From the IMG/VR virus record IMGVR_UViG_3300035527_000189, positions 2,889-66,888 of that record: DNA of 64,000 bases; one strand, 5' to 3'. How positions within the stretch are numbered: the stretch's first letter is position 1; every line of letters begins with the position of its first letter. The position numbers were made by a program, and so were the translations under genes. This document shows, piece after piece, positions 47,601-56,600 of the stretch. The notes beneath the pieces are model-generated. The model saw nothing but the letters and a program-made list of their open reading frames with translations, searched no databases and was not told the origin of the DNA. Source of the stretch: a virus.

Positions 47601-50600
47601 GAAAAGGATTAAAGTTTTAGAAGACCTTTATGGCAATATAGATATATCACAAACCGGAGAAAGCGGTTTTCGTACAGGAACTACTGGTGTAGTACCTGTG
47701 CCTAAAGAATTACTTCCTAATGAGCAAAGGGCTTGGCACGAAAGAAATTTAGAGATGGAACGTTTGAGGTTTTCTTTACCTGAAGAAGAGGGTGGGCCAA
47801 AGGAAGGAGCAGTTAATAGTTATGATTATAAGATTTTTGGCCAAAACAATAGAGTTATAGAGAACCATAAACACATGTTTGAAAAGTATGGTGATGTTAT
47901 GACTGAAACTGGTCAAAAAATCGGCAGGTTTAATGAAAAACATCGCGATCTTATTAAGGAGATGATGGCCGGCAAAAGGCCTTTTTCTGTTGCTATAGAG
48001 CGTGTTGTTAAATGGGGTGCTGCCGCCTCTTTAGTTTATGGTAGTATAAGGGAATTAAAGGATACTTTAAGTCATATTGCTGAAGTTGAATATGCAATGG
48101 CAAAACTATCTATGGTAATGAGTCCAATTTCTACTGATTTTGATAAAATGCAAAAGTCTGCTATATCTTTTGCTAAATCTTATGGTGTAGGGGTAGAAGA
48201 TGTGTTGGAAGGTATGAGGGTGTATGCTCAACAGGGTTTAGGGCAAGAAGAGGTTATAGACAGGACTAGAACTTCTGTAGTTGCTTCTAATATAACAGAG
48301 CTTGATTCTAGTGGTGCTACTGAAGCTTTAACAGCTGCCATGAAGATTTTCCGCCAAGAGGGTGAGTCATCTATGCGGTTTCTTGATTCCTGGAGTAATG
48401 TTGAGTCTAAAGCGGCCATTAAGGCAGGGGATTTAGCCGATGCAATTAAAAAATCAGCTGCGGCTGGTAGGAACGCTGGTTTTACTTTTGATGAATTGAA
48501 TGGTATGATTGCAGCTATTGGTTCTGTAACTCGTCAGACTGGTAAAGAGGTAGGTACTTCTTTACGTTTTATTTTTAGAAGGTTGACAACTGATAAAGGC
48601 CCTAAAGCCTTAAAAGCCCAGGGCATTGATATCCTTGGTGATAAAGGAGAACTAAAAGCTGGATTTGATATTTTGTCTGAACTTGCTGCTAAATGGGATG
48701 AATTAACAAGGGCTGAAAAACTTAATATTTCTCAAGCTATTGGTGGAACTAGACAATATAATGCACTTTTAACCTTGATGGATAATTGGGGCGAAGCTCA
48801 AAGAAGTATTAAAAACAGTATTGAGTCTAAAGGATCAGCTGAACGAAGAAATTTAGCCCTTATGAAAACTTATACTAAGCAATTAGAAAAGACTAAGGCC
48901 GCTTTCTCGGAGCTTAAAATTTCTATAGGTAAAATTGTATTACCTACCTTTAAAACCGGTTTAAAAGGTTTGAGAGGGTTTGTTGAGGTTGTAAATGATA
49001 TTCCAGGCCCAATAAAAGCTGTTACAGCAGCATTAATAGGTTTATATACTTATATAAGTAAAGGCCAGGGATTATTGGATAAGTTTAGTGATATATTTGG
49101 TGGTGTTGGAAGTTCTATGGGCTCAATTCAGGACAGTTTTAAGTTAAATATGAAACGTGGGTTATATGAAGGTTTAGGTATAGGCAATAAAGAAACCAAC
49201 TCCGCGCTGTATAATTTGAATAAGATAGGTGATCCCGGAGCAAATGGATTTAATAAGTTTGAATCTTCTGTTGGGGATATGGCTTATTTAACAGCGTCGG
49301 CTTTTAAGGGGATAAATAATTTTATTGGTGTTACCACAGATGAAACTGGGAAAGCTACTTCAGCAATAGGTGAGTTGGCAGAAAAAATATCAAATATGTT
49401 ATCCAAAATCGGTATGATTGCTGGTTTAGCTCCCATCCCTGGGATACTTGATGAGATAATAGCAGTTGGTACTACTGCTGCTTCAGTTCCTTTAGATTTT
49501 TTTGGTGATACTACTAAATGGGTTGGAGAAAATGTGTCCAAAAAAGCCCAAGGGTTTTTGGATACATTTGCATCTGAAAATACTGGTTTGGTAAAAGCAG
49601 CAGTACCTTCTTTAGCTCTTGGTACAATCGGGGCACTTGCTTTACCTAGTCTTGTAAAGTCCTTTAAAACTTTAGCTGAAAGTGCAGAAGATTATAAGGA
49701 AGCTCAATATGATATTATTGTTTCAGAAGAAAAACAGTTAGATGTTTTGGATGAGTTAATAGGTAGATACGATAAATTATCTGAAAAAAGAAAGAATATT
49801 ATAGAAGAACCAGTTTATAGTAAAGATATAGGCGAGAAAAGAAGAAAGATTTCAGTGGATGAATATAAGAGCCCACTATTAGAAAGAGTTAGAGTTGCCC
49901 GTGAATTTAGAGATTATCAAAATGATTTGGCAAAAATAGCACCGGAATTAGTAGCTGGTTTTGATGAGTTTGGTAATGCTGAAGTATATGATACAGAAAA
50001 GATAAGATCTTATTTAAAAGAACTTGAAAAAGTGCAAAAGTTGCAAACCTCTATGCGTTATGTGGATATAGCTGGCAAGTTTGCTGAAGATCTTACAGAA
50101 ACTGGTGGAGTACAAAATAAGAAGAAATTTTGGAAGGATGTGTCTAAAGAGATTCCTTTAGTGGGAGGCTTATTTGAGGATCAGATAAAGTTAGGCCCTA
50201 AAAAAGCTTTATCTATAGTCCAAGACGAAATGAATCGTTTGAATATAGCTAGAAGAGAGAACCCATTTACAAAAGCTTTTGATAAAGATTTAGAGTCTTT
50301 AAGTAAAGCTTTAGTTAAAGCCACTGAACACTATTCAGATCAGATTGATGAATTTCAGAAAGCCATAGATAATATATCTGCAGAAGGTTTAGATACTGAT
50401 CGTGTGGTAGATATGCTTTCTAACCCTAAAATACTAAAAGGTTTTGAAGAGGTAGTTATTCCTTATTCTGTTGAATTAAATGAGCCAACCATAAAAGGCA
50501 GAGTTAGTACTGAAGATGTATTAGCTTCTGAAGTTTTTAAAAAACTAAAACCTGAACTTTCTGGTGTTATATCACCTATAGCTGATCTTACTATGGCCAA

Positions 50601-53600
50601 ATTTGAAGAATCTGGTATAAAGAGACGTTTACCTGATGCTTTTGGAAAAGTTGATTTGAAAGCAGGTGATTATGTGGCTTTTACGGATGAATTTGCTGAT
50701 AAATACAATATAGCTAGTAATCAGGCTTTTGATACTATAGTTGAAGGGGATAAGGTAAGATTTAAGTATTTTAACGAGACCCTCAAAGAAGTAATGATGA
50801 CTGATTCTGTAGATAGTTCTGATATCGATGGTATAGTTAAGGCTGTTTTTCCAGTCAGAGAAATGATAAATAAGATGGAAGATGAGTTAGTTAAATTAGA
50901 TGTTTTTGTTACTGGTGCTGCGGCAGGTATTCCCGGGCTGTCCGATAAAATGCTTAAAAAGAGAGAGGTTGATTTAGGAGCAAGATTTTTTAGTGGGATA
51001 AGTACTAATACACTGTTACAGACCCCTATGGGTTATGATATGAGAACCGGTGAGTTGTCTAAAGAAGTTTCTTATAAAAAAGGTTGGGATGATGATTTTA
51101 TTAATAGTCTTTATAAACCAATTCAAAAATATAAGAGTTTGTTGGATGAGGTGCGCGCCAGTACTTCTGAACCGGATAAGTCTATTTATGGAGAGGCTAA
51201 AGCTGAACAAATTGAGTTATATCAAGATTTGATAAAAAATAATCAAGCAACTTTTCAATTTAGGGCGGCATTGGTAGATCTAGGTAAAGAACTTTATAAT
51301 ACTAGAGATGAAGTAGAAAAAAATATTCAGGCCGAGAAGAATAGGCAGATTGTGCAAAAGAATACCGCAGGTTATCTAAAGGGTATATCTAAAGGATTGG
51401 ATTCTGTAGATGTTGGTATAAGAGATTATGAGGATCTAAATGTACAACAACGTACATTGTTAAATAATGATTCTTATTCACAAATGGTTAAAGATTTGAT
51501 AACTTCTGAAAAGAGGTTGGAAGGTTACAATGAACAACTTATAAAAATTGCTTCAACTGCCCAGGATCTTGAAAAAATAAAGGACGTTAATTCTGCTTGG
51601 GGCGGAAGGTTTGAGACAGAAGAGCAGTTTAGCAAATGGAATAAAATAAAAGAGCGTACAGGTGGGGATAGAGGAGCTACAGAAATAGTTACAGCTGTGC
51701 ACAGGGTGAAAGATGATACGTCAACAATGGTTGAAAAGCTTGACACTTTAATAGGTGTTGTATCCGCTCCTGATGAAGAAACCAAAGAAGTTATTTTAAG
51801 TACTAATAAGGCATTAAGTAAGGCAATTGAAACAGCACCACAAACTGAACATGAAAGAATTTTCTCTACTAAGGGTATCCAGTCAGGCTGGCACAAAGGT
51901 AAGTTTGTTGAGGGAATTCAGAACCTAATGGCCATAAGGGATGACGAAGTTGTTAGTTCTGGTGCTAATAGTAAGGTGGCTGCTAGGATTGATAATATTG
52001 TTAATAAGTTTTTAGCTGAATATATGAATAGTTTTGGTATTGAGAGGACTACTAAGGAGTTTGCTCTTAATAGTGACATACCAGGTAGTCGTTTAAATAG
52101 AGGACAGTATATGGGTCGTGCTCTTACTGGTATGGGTATGACGCCTGATAAATTAATTAATGTAATAGAAAGATCGACAAAATCAAGTGGCCCAAAGTCT
52201 GATATAGCTAAAAGTATATATGAGAGTAAGGAGTATGGTAATTTTATAAAAGCCTTAGGTAAAGAACGGAATGAAGTTTCTGGTTTGGTCAAAGGTATTA
52301 ACAAAGCCACAGTTTTTGCAACAATACAATCACAATTTGCTAATGTGGAGTCTGATAAAAAAGTAGCTGAATTTACCAAAATTGTTTCTGATCTCAAGGA
52401 TCAACGTAAAGCCAGAGTTATAGAATTAACTAGAATTAATAAACCATTGGAAGGTGACACCAGGCTGGAAGGTTTAGATGAAAAAATTAAAGCCAACCAA
52501 ACAGTTCTCGATGAATCAAAGTTAGATAGATATATCTATGGTACTGCTAGGGATTTATTTGCATTAAATTCTGTTGCTATTAACGCTACTCAACAAATGG
52601 AGGCCACCCCAGCACAAACTGTGCAAGCAATGACAGCTATCACTGGTGTGTATGGTTTAACTAAGGTTATTTCGGCTGTGTTTGGTGAAGAACTGCCTAA
52701 GTTTTTTGAAAAAGCTAAAGGTTCCATGGAAGAAATGCAGGAAGCTATGGCAGAAGGTAAATCTTTTAAAGATATAGGAGAGGATCAGAAAAAAGCCTGG
52801 GGAAAAGATGCTTTAGATTTTTTAGCTGCGATGCAGGATAGGATTAAATCTAAAAAAATAGATAAATTACCAGAATCTGATAAATCTAAAACTGAATCCC
52901 TAAAAGACCTTTCTGATGTAATAAAGGTAGAAAAACTTATAAAAGATGCCCAAGAGTCTTATAAAGCTGGTAAAACAGATCGCATCGCTAAAAAAGCTCT
53001 GGGTACACTTGTTGGTGCAGCTGGTGCTACATTAGCAGGATATGCTTCTAATCAAATGGGTTTTTCTGTAGAATTATCACAGAATACAGCAATAGCTGCA
53101 GATCAAGCTAGAGCATTGGCTGAGCTATTTAGAAAAAATGCTAAAGAATTTGATCAGTTATTTGCTATGGACAGGGAGAAACACCCAAAAGATTATGTGG
53201 ATGAGAAGGGTGAAGGATCAAAATTACCAATAAGTGCTGTAGATGTGGCAGAATCTTTTGAAAATAAAGCCCTAGCTTTAAATAAAGCTATTAAAGAGTC
53301 AGGAGAGATAATGACTTCTACTGAAAAAGCTACTATAGAAAGGGTTAAGGCTGAGCAAGAAGTACAGTCTATTATACAGGACAACATAGCATCAATGATG
53401 AGTTTTACTGAAAAACTTATGATTCTTGAGGATGTTACTAAAAAAATTAGGGTTGCTATTAATGAATTTGATACACAAAGAAAATTTAAACCCACTTTAG
53501 CTGTTGGAAATGCTTTAGTTGGGTATGGTGGGGACATTAATCTCCCATTATCTAAAGATAAAATGAGTACGCAACAACGTATTTGGTCGGAAGGCAGTGA

Positions 53601-56600
53601 AGTTTTACAGAATATATTAACTGACTATAAAAAACTTGCTATAGTAAGGGATAATTTTGCTGATCGTATTCCTATTTTAGAAGAAGACATATACAAATTA
53701 ACTAAATTTGTACCAGACAACCCAGAAACAGTGGCTCAAAAAGATACTTCTTTAGAAAATCTTAAGATTATTCTAGATGGTGTCGAAGCTTCAGCCGCTT
53801 TAGCTAATGAGGCTCTTTTAGATATTGGGGAAAATCTGAACCCGTTCGTTCAGTATTCAGATGCCTTTTATGAATTACGTAGATCTTTGGAATCTATAAA
53901 TGTAGATTCGGCTATTAGACAAATAGATAGATTAGGTGCTTATTTTGAAGGTATGGATAAATTATACGGAGGATCTCACCCTGATGCTCCTATTGCTATA
54001 TCTGAAGCCCAAAAATTTAAAGGTATTAGATCTGGAGTTTCTTTAAAAAATTTAGAATCTACTCAATATGATTTGAGAGAGTCTGAACTTATGGATCAGA
54101 TTATAAGAGGTAATTTAAGTGGTGATCAAAAAACTGAAGTATTAATGGAATATATTAATCTGCCAAAACAAAGAAAGCAGGATATAGAGAATTATAAATA
54201 TAGTAAAAGTATTGACTCTTTTAGAAACAGGATGGCCCCTTATGAAAAGTTTGCTATGGATATGGAAAGATTAAGGTTTTCTGGTCAAATTAATGAGAAT
54301 AATATTAAACCTTATACTGAAACACAGAGAAAATTAGAATCTATAATGAAAGCTGCTCAAGTGGAAATTTCTAAGGAAGAAAAATTAAAAGAGTTTGATA
54401 GTGCAGTTGCTGGGTTATCTGAAAGTGAGCGTGAGGATAGAGAATATGAATTAAAATCTAGAAGAAAAACTATTGAAGAAGGGCCAGATGTACAACGTCG
54501 TGGTCCAGGTCTTAATGCAGAGAGTTTATTAAGTGATTTTATAGGGCAATGGAGGGATACTATAAGTAAAAATCTTACAGGAAACGCTAAAGACCTTCTT
54601 GATTCTATTAAGAATTCAGGTGTACTTGAAAAAATAGATGTTTCTAATACCTGGCTAGAGCTTATAGCAAAATCATTAGGTGATAAAGGTTGGGGAGAAA
54701 CCCCGTATGATGTTGCAAAGGCTGTAGTAGCAGAGATTGAAGGAAAGCTAAAGGCAGTACCTATGAGAGAACGCCCCCCTGAAAAAGATGTTTTAGATAG
54801 TAAAACTGATTTAGAAAAAAAATATTCTAGAAGACCAGAGGCTGAATTTTTAGCCCCATTTGACCTAATTGGTGAAGCAAAGTTAAGTCCAAAGAAGAGG
54901 CTTCCTAGTGAAGTTGCTGAAGATCTAAACAAAGGTATACTTGATGTTATTAAAACAATGATTAATCCTAAATATGCATTAGCAGTGTTTGGTGCAGCCT
55001 CACTTTCTCCAGCTGCAGCTTATTCAGGCAAATTTTCTTCAGAGGCTGATCGTTCAGACGAAAAAGAAGGCACTCCCACGTTGCTTAAGCCTTTGAATGC
55101 CACACTTAAATCTTTAGGCTACGTTAAAAAAGCATTTGATTTTATGATGCCAAGTATGGCTGATTTTTCTTGGTTAGGTAAGACTGCTTTAGGTGCTGTA
55201 AAAAGTACTGTATCAGGGCCTAGTAGGGGCGATTTTTTGGAAAAAATACGTAAAGAGGATACTATTGCTCAAGTTAAATCAGACTATTCGAAACCTTTTA
55301 CTGATGATGATAAAAGCGAAGGTTGGTTAGAGAAAATATATAGTGGCATTAAAGAAATGTCTTCTAAACTTCCAGATAAAGATGAGTCACCTAACCAGGA
55401 AAAACCTTTTACTGTAGGAAGAGCCCCTGGTGGTTTGGCCAAACCTACTTATAATGAAATACTTAAAGCTCATGCAGTAAACGGTAAGGTTTCAGGCGAA
55501 GGTGATCAAGAATCAGATTCTGTTTTAGCACGCCTTAGTACCGGTGAATTTGTTCTGAAAGCTGATTCAGTAGAAAAATTAGGCATTGATGCGCTTGCTT
55601 ATATGAATAATACAGGTAAAATACCTCCCTTTGCGAAATTTGCTGAAGGTGGGGAAGTTGGATCGATATCTGAAAAAAATAAAGCATTGTCAGAAAAATA
55701 CAAAGGGGTTAAGTTTAATTTTAAAGACAATGAATATTTTAATTTGGATCAATATAACAAATTAGCCCCATATATTGAAAAGATATTAGATAAGTATCCA
55801 GAAATACAAGATGGATTAACAATTGGATTATTTGATGGGAACTTGCCTAAAGGACATGATCTTAAAGACTTCAAACATTCAACTCGTCTTGGGGCACATA
55901 CTGCAAGTAATGTAATGAGGAATTCGGATGGTAGTATTAATAGAAAGTCTAAAGTTCTTCTAAACAGTAGTTCTCTTTTTGATAAAAATAGTCCATTAAG
56001 ATTATATGATAGTTACGCTTACGATCCTATTAGTACTTTAATGCATGAGTTTGGCCATCGTAAAGATTTTATAGACCAAAGGTACTCACCAGAAAAAAGA
56101 ATAGGTGTTTTAGATAGATTGTGGGGTATACCGAAAAAAAATCTTACTCCATACGGTAGAGATAATTCTAATGAGGAAAGGTATGCAGAGATTTTTGCGT
56201 TACATGAAATGTCTGGAGATCCAGATCGTATAGATGCTTCTGGAGAACTCAAAGAGTCTATAGAAGAATTTCATAGCAAAAAATGGCCTGACATTGATCC
56301 GAGAACTAAGATAGATGGCTTGCCTTCTTTTGATTCTGGGGGTTTTGTAGCTAAATCAATAGATGAAAAAAATAAAGCGTTGTCTAAAAAATATCCAGGG
56401 ACTAATTTCAATTATAAAAAGAATGATTATTTTAATTTAGATAAATATAACCAATTATCTCCTTATATTGAAAAGTTTTTAGAAAGATACCCTGAAGCTG
56501 CTAAAGGTCTTACACTTGGGCTGTTTGATGGTAATCTTAATGAGAGTGATTTCAAAAAATGGAGTGATGAGGCAAGAGGGTTACACGATCCGGCCGGTGT